Shown: one piece after another, positions 9,544-21,900 of the stretch
Position numbering within the stretch: the first letter of the stretch is position 1
Layout: each line of letters begins with the position of its first letter
Source: Blastocystis sp. subtype 4
Taxonomy: Eukaryota
Direction of reading: 5' to 3'
Length of the DNA stretch: 37,846 nucleotides
NCBI RefSeq assembly: GCF_000743755.1
Contig: NW_014569474.1
Location: forward strand, 1 to 37,846
The notes under the pieces: model-generated
What the model saw: the letters and a program-made list of their open reading frames with translations, nothing else
The model's database searches: none
What the model was told of the DNA's origin: nothing
Translations under genes and position numbers: made by a program

Positions 9544-11010
9544 ATGCAACAATTGCACATCTATTTAAACCAATCTGGATGTATCATTTCCAACCTTAAA
9601 TTCCTTCTTCCAGTCATATTTGCCAAGGGATTGTGATCCTTCAATAAGGAGAAAAAAGTACGTATCCAAGGGAAAAAAGTACATCCATATCCTCGAGCAA
9701 AGAATTACAGGAAGAACAGAATTTGATTTTGTATGTCAAGTAAAGTGCGACTAGTCCTTAAGGCATTTGCCGTTGGACGTTATTTAGCTACAGATCGAAG
9801 ATGGGCAGTACGTCTAGCGAATCGGAATAATATGTAGAAACTTGGTTCAGGCATAAATCAATTTATTCACGGAAGCCAGTCAATTGGTGATGTCGCAAAG
9901 ATAGTTGTTCCCTTTTACAAGCAACCACTTCGTAGATTAGGTCTTTGTGTCCTAACGTGTAGAGGAACGTTTGCAGTATTCGTCAGCGAGAAAGAAGCTA
10001 CGTTGGTACTTGGCCTCTCTTGTCGCGCTTGGTATTGTATCAGTAGAATATTATGAGCATCGAAACATTGTTCCAATTACAAAACGAAAGCATTTTGCAG
10101 TATGAATTCATTCTGTTCTTGAACGTAGGTAATTCCTCGTGATTTTGAACTCCGGTATCAAGATGCGATGGTTTCAAGTCTTCATAAGCAATTCACAGTC
10201 ACAGAGAATGATGTGACACATAATCTTATTCTTCCTGAGTCTGATGAACGGGTTCAGTTTGTTCGAAGCCTTGTCTCCAAGTTAGGAAAGGCTTGTGTAT
10301 ACTTTTCTCCTGAATGTGAGATGTACATGAAGGATATGGAGATTATTGTGGTTGATAGCGATGAAGTCAACGCTTATACCACAATGGGCTCTGTAGTTGT
10401 TGTTTATACTGGTCTCCTTGATTATTTCAAGAAACAAGAAGAGGAAGGAAAGGTCTACAATTATGAGGAAGTAGGACTGGCATTCTCTCCTTATATGTAG
10501 TGTATTGCAGGTGTGTTGGCTCATGAACTATCTCATTCCCTATCAAGGTTCTGATAGTCTTTACATCTCATCTATAGACACCCTGTAGAAGCATTACTCC
10601 GATGGACTAGTTTTGCTTACTATATTTACATTACCCTTGTTCCAGATCTTGTGGTGATGCCGGTGATCAAAGGGATCTTTGATAAGAAAGTGAGTCGTGA
10701 GCAAGAGTTTGAAGCTGATTACCAAGCGCTGTATCTTTTGAAACGATGTGGATATGATCCTTCCAGTATGATTACGACCTTATCATTGTTACCGGATGAT
10801 CCTGAAGACGATATTGATCTTGTTACTAAAACGAAGGAGATTGTTCAGGATCATCCTCGTATTGCAAATCGTGTACTCAACCTTCAGAATCGGATGTTTT
10901 CATTTGAGAAAGATTTCAAGAAGAACTATGAGGTTGAGACTGTGAAGAAAGCAGATCCACCAAAGGGAGTTGCGGAGTATCTTTTGTCCTTTGCCAATGG
11001 TCTTTGGTAA
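9544..11010 (+). CDS. Peptidase M48 metalloprotease, OMA1-like (start approximate)
   Basis: TM segment followed by VPITKRKHF, VNAY..G.VVVVYTGLL, zinc motif VLAHELSH, SREQEFEAD..AL.LL...GYDP and HP...NR. TAA ends at 11010. Confidence 0.85.
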
Positions 11011-11144
11011 AATGTAATATGTCTGTATCAACGTTTATTCTTAACGCAATTATTACTATGATATCTTTGTTAGAAACCAACATTCTTTACAACTAGTATA
11101 GTTACATAGAGTACAGAGGAAAAGAGTCACATCTCCATAAGGTA

Positions 11145-13899
11145 TCAATCACTCCATAGTCTTCCATAATATGAAGTAACTCTCTCCGCAGTAAAACCCA
11201 GGCAGCAATCAACATAATAGGAAAAGGAAGAGAAGAGAGTCTCAAGATATCGAGACGTTGATACAATATGACGCATCTCGTTTAACCATACTTCAGGGGT
11301 TCCTTCAGGACACTTCCATCGAATGGACCGCATGATCAATGAATCTTCACACACATCATACTGCAGCCGAGACAAGATAGCTTCTTTTGCATGCCTCAAA
11401 TCATCTATTGGTTGTCTACATATCAGACAATGAGAACAACATACAATACAACTCCTAACAGCAAATCCATGATACCAATCAGAGGAAAGAGAAGAGGAGC
11501 ACACTCACCTAACACATTTCCAAACTCAATTTCACGCCATCGTGGAGTAGCTGGTTTGACTTCATATCTCTCATGACGATGTAAGTCACATAACTGAGAA
11601 AACTCTTCATTCAATACTTCCAATTGTACTTTCGCCTGCTGACGAATCTGTTCTCTTCGTTCCTTCTCTTCCTCCTCTTTCTCTTCCATCCGGAGTTGAA
11701 ACTCTGCTTCCCACTTCCTCACTCTCTCCTTTTGTTCTTCTGTTGGTTCCCATTCCTTCATCTCCACCTCCACTATCGGCACAGGGAAAGGTACTTCCTG
11801 AATCTCTTCTACACTGGGTTCAGTAGGTTCCTGAGGACTCTCCTGCTGAGTAAAGGTTGATAACTTATATCCCATTGTCTGTAACATTGTCTCAATTGGC
11901 ATCTCGATTACACGAGGTTCTGTTGAGATCTTCTGAGGTATAATTTCAGTCTCCAGTAGACACTGACTCTCCTTGGGTTTCTTTTCCTCCAATGGATCTG
12001 TTTCCGGCTCATCCGCCTTCATTTCGTGCTTTGGTTCTTCCTGTTCTGCTTCTTCTATTTGCTTCTCTTCTTCCTCTCTTTCTTTCCCTTCCTCCTTTTC
12101 CTTTTCTTGCTCCTCTTGCTCCTTTTCTTCTTCTTGCTCCCCTTCCTCTTTTCTCTTCTCCTCTTCCTCTTGTTTCTCTTCTTCTTCTTGTTTCTCTTCT
12201 TCATTCTCATCCCAAATCAATCGCTCTTCTTCTCCTGTTCCTCTCTCCATCTCTTCTCCATCAATTGGCACCGGATATTCCTCACGCATCAACTCATTGA
12301 ACAAGCTCATCCAATCTTCATCCTCCTCCTCTGTATCTTGGATAGGTGTGGATGGATGTGAGAAATCAATCTCATCAAACGATACGATGCTATGAGGCTC
12401 AGGATGGGAGGCGCTGTCCACCATATTGATCAAGTCGTCCACTGTACGACTCTCTTCCTTCCGATCTTCTATCGTCTCAGGATCCTCAGTTTGTTGCTCT
12501 TCATTAACCTTCTCTGCTAATTCAATCTGCTGCGTCTCCTCAGTCTCTGAGACCTTCTGGGTTTTATCAGTTTTCTGAATCTCTGAAGTCTCTCTCTGAC
12601 TGACTCCATCATTCTCTTCAGATTCTCCACTTTTTCTGTAGACAGCAGCAAGCCTTGACTCAACCAGATTCCTCAAAATACTCCCATGTCTTCGGTCTCG
12701 CCGTCTAGGTAGTCGAATGTGCATCACCCTATCATCTGGACGAATTAGATCATCCCTTCCAACATCATTCGATACACTCAATACACATGTGTTTGAAGTA
12801 TGAGGAAGAGGTTGATGTAACTGAATCAATGAAGAATGAGAAGGAGAATAACAAGCTTCAGATCCATCTGATGGAGGAACCAACACTTGCAAATCAGCAA
12901 GAGGACTCACTGAATTGCGATTGGTATCTTCTGAATACGAATCTTGGCCATACATTTGCGAACTCGTTTCACCTGAAGTCAATGAATTCAGAGAATACAG
13001 AAATGTTCTTGTTTTCCGACGGTTCGGATAACGCTTTGGGAGAGACAATACAATATCCATTGTTTGTTCTGAGGGTGGCGGCAAGGGAGACGAACGTGGA
13101 GAATGTGGTGAATTTAGTGTCACAAGGGAAATGTCATTCAATGAATCTCCTCGAGAATTCCACGTATTCCGGATCTGCTTTTGCTTATCTTGAATCCAAG
13201 AGACTTGAATTCGTGGTCTTGGTCGTCGCTACGTATAATCAAACAGACTGACACTTACAATTGTCTCGTACAACGAAGGCTGACTATTTCTTCGTTGATG
13301 ACCACGAACTGGAGACCCAGAACGACGCGGTCTCCTTTCTCCACTTCCCTGGGACTGGTGCACATGAGCATTTGATAGAAATGACTGAAATGATTTTTTA
13401 CTTAGAACCGTCTGGTTGTCAACAATTGGTGGTGATGAACCACTGTCATGCGAATCACGGTCTGATGATTCCTTTGGGCTATTTGAAATCTCCTCTTGCG
13501 ATACAGAATAGTTGGCTCCATCTTCTTCCCGCAATCTCAACTCAGGTTCCTGAGGATCGACGGCATTCACAACATGCGGCTGTTCATTCTTTTGTGCTTG
13601 GTCTTCAGCAGGAATAGCGGCACATCTCTTCAATTCAACTCCATTATCGTTAGGAGAATCAATTGAAAGAGATTGATCCATCCAGACAGCACTTAACACT
13701 GAAAAGTAATTCTTAAGGTGGAATAATCCCTTAAGACGAAAGACTGGTTTTTCAGGGATTCTAGCGGACGACTGTTGACAATTGATAGATGATTCTATTG
13801 TCTCTTTTATTATGAAACGAGGATATGCAGGATACTGTCTGTATGAAGGTCTCAGTCTCTTGCTAGGTAGCTGATCATTGCTTGCTCTAACGTAGCCAT
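11145..13899 (-). CDS. Large Ser/Glu-rich, mostly low-complexity hypothetical protein with a hydrophobic segment near the C-terminus; both ends uncertain
   Basis: ORFs 13229-13699, 11423-13141 and 11145-11504 join in frame through 29-30-nt GT-AG introns. Hydrophobic stretch PLLFPLIGIMDLLLGVVL. Confidence 0.7.
12040..12210 (-). repeat. Purine-rich low-complexity coding repeat (EEEKQEEEEKQEEEEKRKEE...)
   Basis: Imperfect GAA/GAG tandem tract, including a duplicated ~18-nt unit, inside the Glu-rich CDS. Confidence 0.7.
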
Positions 13900-14121
13900 G
13901 CTCTTTATCTACATTTTCTTTCCTTTCAATTCATTTCCAAGTCGAAAATACCTCTTGTTCGTATGATTGAGTCGTGTCATGAGAAGGCCTTTCTTCATTC
14001 GGATTTCTCTTTGTATCTATTCATTTGGAATTGTTATATTCTGTGTCATGATGGTATCCTTTTGGAGAAGAGTAGATGATTACCCATCTCTTGTTTCAGA
14101 CAAACACTCAAAAAGACTAAA

Positions 14122-16256
14122 TCACATCTCCTTTGCCTTCTTTGTAGCAAACTCCTTTGCCTTTGTCATCTTCTTCTCCCTCTCCGTTTTGAACCAAGTT
14201 CGCTTACGACGAGAATGAATCTCCTTATCATGTTTCAGGAGATTGTCTGCACGTGTCAGTTCCATCGTAGCCATTTCCATCTCCTTTTCGGTTTTCTAGT
14301 TGTGATCCCTTCACATCATACGTACTTCTTCTTGGAATATCTCCTCGATATCAGGACGAAGTGCCTCTAACTGTTTGCTGAATTTTTCAATCGACTAGAA
14401 CTTCAACAATCCAAGAATCCCATACGCCCTTACTGATCACACGAGTCTTGATCTGCTGGTTGGCAGCCACAGCACGTTTCACCAACTCCTTCATCATCAT
14501 TCGGCGCTCTTCTTCCACGAATGTCACAGCACGGCCTGCATGACCCGCACGAGCAGTTCGACCCACACGATGGATGTACGTTGCCTCGTCTTTTGGCATG
14601 TGCAAATTGATCACCGTCTTCACTCCCTACAATCAATCCACTTCATGAAAGAAACCTTGATATCTAAGCCTCGAGCAGCTACGTCCGTCGCCAACATAAT
14701 ATCAACCTCCTTCTTCGAGAAACGATCCAAAGCTTGAAGACGTTGTGATTGTGTGAGATTTCCATGTAGTTCGGATGAGTGAAGACCCATAAGACCGAGA
14801 ATCACATGAAGACGATGTGCTTCGATCTTTGTCTCACAAAATACAATTGTTTCGGAGGGAAAATGACGAACCAGAAGTGAAAGAAGCATAGGTTCACGTT
14901 GATCCTCCTGACGTACTCGAATAAACTCCTATCGATGAATCACAACTTCAGTACATACCTGAACCAGCTTATCCACCACCAGATTGACAGGATCAACAAA
15001 TACCTTCACAGGATTGTGAAGTGAGAGTTCAATCAGATCGGATACAGAATCTGTCATCGTAGCTGAGAATAATAATGTCTGTCTCTTCACAGGACATAGC
15101 TTCAACAGCTCATGTAACTAGCCATCAATAACAAGGAGGAACCCCACTTCATCCACAAAGCCCAGATCCATCAATCGATCTGCCTCGTCCAGAATCACCA
15201 CTTCCACATCATCCAGATCCACTGACATAGTATTGTGAAGATGATCAATCATTCGACCTGGGGTACAAATCACAATATCTGGTCGATACTTCAAATCCAC
15301 AGCCTGACTCTGAAGTGGTAGACCTCCTACGATCAGTGCACATGTGATCTTAGTATACTTCGCCAGTTTCAATGCAATATTGTATACTTGAGAAGCCAGT
15401 TCACGTGTGGGAGTTACAATCACCACACGAATCAGATTTCGAGAAGCATTCTTGTATCTACAGTCCTATTAAATATTGATGCCTACAACAATCGTTCCAT
15501 AATTGGAAGGAGATATGCAGCAGTTTTGCCACTTCCTGTCTTTGCAGCAGCACAAATATCCTTTCCAGCCAAAGCCAAGGGAATACATCGAGACTGGATT
15601 GGTGTAGGAGTCACAAAACCCATCTCATTAACAGCTCGAAGAAGAGGACGTGATAAATGCAACTCTGTGAAATTCCGAGCTGGTGGCTCATCTTGTTTTG
15701 ATTCCTTGGAGAAGAACTCCTCTTTACTAGGAATTCGCTTTTCGACTCCTTCTAATGTCGCTTTCACACTCTTTATTACATCATCATCTGCAACGACATC
15801 TTCCTCTTGATCTTCAGAACCAGATCCAGCCTGCTCAGATTCCTTTACCTGACCTCATTCAACAATACATACCTGTTGACGCTTTACAATAGCTTCCCGC
15901 TTTCGTCGAATACGCTCTTCCAGCTTGTTTAGTTTTGAATTTCGTTGACTTCGTTCCAGCTTTTCTACTCATCACCAACAATCAATGAACCTACCCATCC
16001 TTTCATTTCCCTTCACTTGTTGATCATCCGATTCATCGTCTCCTCCCTCATCAAACTCAAATCCTTTCTTAAATTCTGCTGTTTTAGCAGACTCTTCCTA
16101 TTCATTATCACAAACCGTCTTTCTGTACCTCCATCGCTTCATCAGATGAAGACGCCTCATTAAATACCATATTCCCTTCCTATTATATAACACGCTTATC
16201 TATCCAAGAAATACATCTCCACTATCCGGGATGGTCATAACAAAATCATCAACCAT
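14122..16256 (-). CDS. DDX27: DEAD-box RNA helicase DDX27/Drs1 (60S biogenesis)
   Basis: N-terminal FVMTIPDS, Q motif (PTPIQ), [44 protein letters not shown], and C-terminal KRTWF. Stop KAKEM-TGA is followed by TGTTTGTC. Confidence 0.9.
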
Positions 16257-16353
16257 GATGAACAACTCGTAATTACAATTCCAGGTCAACTAATTAAAAC
16301 ATCCCTTTTTCTGGATCTCCAAATATCATATCCTTGGCTATGATTTGTTCAAA

Positions 16354-18018
16354 ATGAGTGATCAATCAATTTCAGTATGTGTAAAGCTTTCCAGAAAAGC
16401 CTATTTTCCTGGAGCCGTTGTAGGTGGGATTATTACTCTTGATCCCATCAACGCTTCCGATGAAAGTGCCTATCTTTCCTTTATCTCTGTTCAGGTTTAG
16501 TCATGATATTTTCTATTATCTTGGTAGTTACATGGTCATATTGGTGTTATTCCAAATCTAGCATGTCTCCCGAATGAGACGAAGGTCGGAAAAAGGATTC
16601 GAAATGCAACATCTTATGGAAATGTGAACAAGTTCATCAATGACAGTACAGACTGTATATATCAAACAAATCCGATGATTATCGATGGAGATATCACAAT
16701 TCGATCAACCAAGACTTGTTTCGTAGTGGAATGAGACGTCATGTGTAGATTTCTTCCAAGTCACGTTACCCAAAGAGATTCCTCCATCTTTTAAGACGAG
16801 TTGTGTGCGATATTTGTACTTGTCCCACTTTCTAGTGATTCCTAGTCATCTCCTTTCATTGTGCTTCTCTGATAAGGATGGAGTACCTCATTTCTTATCC
16901 ATCCCAATTACTGTCTTAACATATCCATCACTATTCTTTCCAATTCGTCCCTTCACCCACTCCTTCATCCTACAAAGGAGACCAAGAGTATATTTTCTCC
17001 ATTACTTCACTCCCTATCGATACGAGTTCATTCAGTGAAGACTTCACTGAAGTCTGAATGTGATACCTGTCTCATCTCCAGGAATATCTATCCAAATCAT
17101 CTGTTATTGTTACTGAAGATGCTCAAGAACCAGCTAGAGATTCAGAAACTTCAAGTCTGCTTGAGTTCAAGAACCTCGCCAAGTTTGATGTACAGGAGGG
17201 TATGCAAGATGCCATTTGGTCCAGAGCACGAATATGTACATCTTACTCCGAGTACCTCAATACAGACCCAAAGGAAGTCACACAGGAGATGGAACCTGTC
17301 TTTAGAACAAAGTGAGATTCACAAGTTGAAATGATTGATAGAACACCTCTTGGAATCTTTGGGATCACTCACAATGGAAACGTCATTTGTAATATCCAGC
17401 TTCAGACATCTCCTCTGGTATTGGGAGACAGTCTTCAGCTTTTAGCTTCGTTTGTTGATACGAACATCCCTTGCGAACAGGTATCTCTTTCCTTCCGTTC
17501 TTGTTCATTAGATGATCATTTCTCTTTGCTATGAAGAATATTCGCCGTATTTGAAGGGACGAATTGTAAAGAGTGATACTGTGAATTCCCTCACCATTAA
17601 CACACGGTCAGTAAAGAAATATCCCTATTCCTTCAGTATTCCTCCAATGTATCCTCCAACTATCCAAACACAACAAGGTGGAGTCATCGTGAAGTTTTCA
17701 TTCTTAGTGAAAATCGCTTGGAAGCTCCGTTTTTCGTTCTTTTTCAACCCGAAGTGGAATTCCCAAGAACCTCCTGAAAAGGCTGCTTGCTATGTGTTTG
17801 ATCCTGAAGAGTATCTCAGTCAGAATCTCACGAAAGTCGATTGGACCTATGATCTGATGGTACTAAGTTGTTTGAACGAACGGTTCGGAGAGACATTAGG
17901 TGTGCGAGAAGAAATGGAAGGAAGAGAAGAAAACATGACTATTTCCATTGTTTCTAATAAACAATCTAGTCCACCACAATCAAATCGTTGCAGCCAAGTA
18001 GAACAGCCCGAAGGCTAA
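16354..18018 (+). CDS. RGP1: RGP1 (Ric1-Rgp1 Rab6 GEF subunit), arrestin-like fold
   Basis: Spliced blocks KLSRKAYFPG, CIYQTNPMII, LPKEIPPSFKTSCVRYLY, LGDSL...IPCEQMIISL..EE and FSIPP..PPT....WKLRFSF are colinear with RGP1 as recalled. The 3' end may be shorter (see findings). Confidence 0.75.
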
Positions 18019-18024
18019 AAGCAC

Positions 18025-18777
<753 letters not shown>

Positions 18778-18901
18778 GGTAGCAAATGGTGGTTATTGAG
18801 AATACAGAAGAATAAGAGAACTCCTGGCTAGAAGAGTTGGGTCAAAATCTCATTTATTCCTCAATTTCACCCCACATCCATAATAAAATAGACTCTATTT
18901 G

Positions 18902-18909
18902 AACAAACA
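18902..18909 (-). terminator. TGTTTGTT polyadenylation-associated motif (VPS13)
   Basis: Exact motif 21 nt after the VPS13 TAA on the minus strand. Confidence 0.75.
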
Positions 18910-18930
18910 ATGAAAGTACAAAAGTATAAA

Positions 18931-21900
18931 TTATTCAGATGCATCCTCATCACTCTCTCGAATTGTCTCTTCACTATCGGGAATCTCATTCTCCCAATGA
19001 AGACCGAAAGCATCCTTCTTAAAGAATTGATCCACTTCTTCCTGCTCCATCAAGTTCTCGCTCATCGAAAGAACATCAACGAAACGACGTACCGCCTCTT
19101 CGCGTTGATTCTTGGTACGAAGTAACTTCAGTCTCCGACTCGTCAGATGGAGATTCTTAACATCCTCCTTATTACACTTCGACTTCAACGTCTTGAACAG
19201 ATCATCCAAGTCATTGTAGCGGAAGTAGACATTCCATACAGCACGCTCCTCACCCTTTGAAGTAACTTCCACCTTATACTGGGTCACACGCTTCTTCGCC
19301 TCCTTCTCAGCCTTCACTTCCATACGCTTTCGTCCACACAAATGAACACTCTGGACCTTCAACTCGCTAAGAACGGGAGCACGACGCTTCTCCTCCTCAG
19401 GATCCTCCTCCTCTTCCTCCTGGCTCGCACTGGAATGGATCTCAGGCATCATAGCACGAACTAAATCAGCAATCTGATCGTTGGTCATCGTTATTCGCTG
19501 AGTGATGTACTGCTCTACCAGTTCGCACAGACGCTCCGACTCCAACAGCAAATCGCATTCTGTCAGATGGAGTTCACCATCGACAGTCGAAGTGAGGGCA
19601 TTCACCATATGACCCATGCTCTTCACCATTTCGTTCTTAGACTTGGTGTTGCGAGGAATCAACTTCAACTCCTGACCATTGTGATGGACCTCCAAATTAC
19701 TGAACGAGTCTACACCAAACAGCTTTCCATGTGCTGAGAGCAACACAACCTTATCCGTGGTCAGAAGGAGAATCTGCATTCCACTGTTCACCACACAGTG
19801 CACCACATAACGCTCAGTAGGCAACACACGGATACCTGAGGCACTATTCGCCTTCTGGAGCAGCACACCTCCATCAGACAAATGACTATTGTATGTCTCC
19901 AGCACGTTATCCAGAGGAATATAACGAGGACTACGAAGAGGTTCGACAACCTTCTCCTTGTGGGCCACATCCTTCACGTTGTTCACAACATTCGTCACTG
20001 TATCGATAGCTCCCGTCACTGGCTTTGCTACGACGCCCACCAAGCCCTTTCCAAGACCCTTCAGACCTCCAACCAGTCCTTCCTCCTTCAGACCGGCACC
20101 CGTTTCCGTAAACACACCCGTTACACCACTCCATACTCCATGTACAATATTGGACTTTCCAGCAGCACGATCTGCTTGATACGAATCACTCATTGCCAGA
20201 GAGGCCACACCGTTACTCACTGTGCTGGTGATCTTGCTGACGCTATTCAACAGACCATAGGCCGTCTTTGACACCAGTTGTGTCGTTCCCTTACCAAGAC
20301 CACCTACGAAAGCACCAGGACCGTGCATCAGACCCTGCACTGGCTCTGTGAAGAATGCCTTCACACCATCAGCAACGTTTCCGACAAGCTCCACAGGATT
20401 TCCGATCAGATTGAAGGAACCAGCGAGTAAATAGAACTTCTGGAGGACTTCCTTGACATAGAACAGGGCAACCTTCTTCACAAAAGCACCCATGTCTGTG
20501 TAGTAGTTGGTTAGAATCAAAGAACGCAGACAGATCGTTGCATTATCCAGGTTACCCACAAGGTTGGTGAAAGTGTTGAACATGGCCACCAGAGGCATGA
20601 GACGAGGATCTTGTGGCAGCAGAGCATCCGACAAAGGAGCTGATGGATCATTACGGAAAGAGAACTTGATGTTAATGGGCTGGAGAATAAAGTTATCGGC
20701 CAGAATATAACTGCGACCTACCTTAGCGACAATCACATTGACAGGGGCAAACATAGCGAACGTATCAAGCACTGAACGACCATCCACCTTACCCACATCC
20801 TGAATGTTGATACTGATATCATTAACCACATCCAACAGAGCTGTGATTGTAGTTGAGTCGATAGCACACACCATGGGCTGGATACATACAGCCAAATACT
20901 CCACGATAGTCACCGTAGGATGTGTTGGGATTGAGACAGATACTTCAAAGAATGGCTTCACAGGACTCATTCCAGCAGGATTCTCTGGGTCGTAGGCCTC
21001 ATTCGGCTGACCTGCTTCCGTCGAACCCAACAACACATTGAACTTCGATCCAACCAGGCTGGAGTCGATCTGACACTTCATCAATGTAACTCCCGCAATC
21101 AACTTTCCATCGCCACACATATGCAACTGAACCTGAAGATCCTCAGCACAAATGAACAACAGTTCCTGAGGCTTCTTGTCAATAACACTGATACCAAAGC
21201 CAGCGAAACTCACATTCAGCGTCAATGTGTCATCCTTCTCCACAATCTTCTCGGTACTCTTCGCCTTCTTCACCGAGTTCAAGTGACGCAGGGACTCTTC
21301 CACAGTAGCTGTACCGTCATCCTTCATACTCTCCTCCAGAAGATCAGCAATCCGTACCTCCTCATCCTCATCCTTCTTGCTCAGACTCAACAGCTTCTTC
21401 TTCTTCTGACTCTCTAAGAAGAGGAATGTGTTAAAGGCATCTGCAAAGTCAAACACCACCTCACGCTGCGATGAATTCATTCCAGCTCGCATACGCAGCA
21501 AATACTTCGCATCAATGTCATCAGGCAACACCAGAAGTTCTTGTTCCTCTTCCATAGTGATGTCCATAGGACGAGTCCATTCGCTCTTCAATGACTTACT
21601 CTTCACACACAGAGCAATCTTATCCACAGGGGCAGGACAATGATACACAATCGTCTCACCAGCAGGCAATTCCGTGATGGGGGAAGAATCCTTGGTGCCC
21701 AGACGGAGTGACAGATCTGTGCCAGTCTTGTTAAGAAGGAATACACCAGGAGTAATCACGACAACATTCGTCAAGGCAAACATAATTGGACCACTTACCA
21801 CATTCACACCATATACCTTCTTCTCCTTCGCTTCAGGATCCTTCTTATTAGGCATACAGAAACGAGTATTGCTACCAATAGCATCAATAGTTACACCTTC

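Noticed and set aside
11973..12395. Ser-, Leu- and Phe-rich plus-strand ORFs that look like membrane proteins
   Set aside because: They are the reverse complement of the Glu/Lys-rich coding tract.
13711..13736. Short hairpin TCTTAAGG...CCTTAAGA inside a predicted intron
   Set aside because: An 8-bp AT-rich stem that is not repeated in other introns. Not enough to suggest an introner or MITE.
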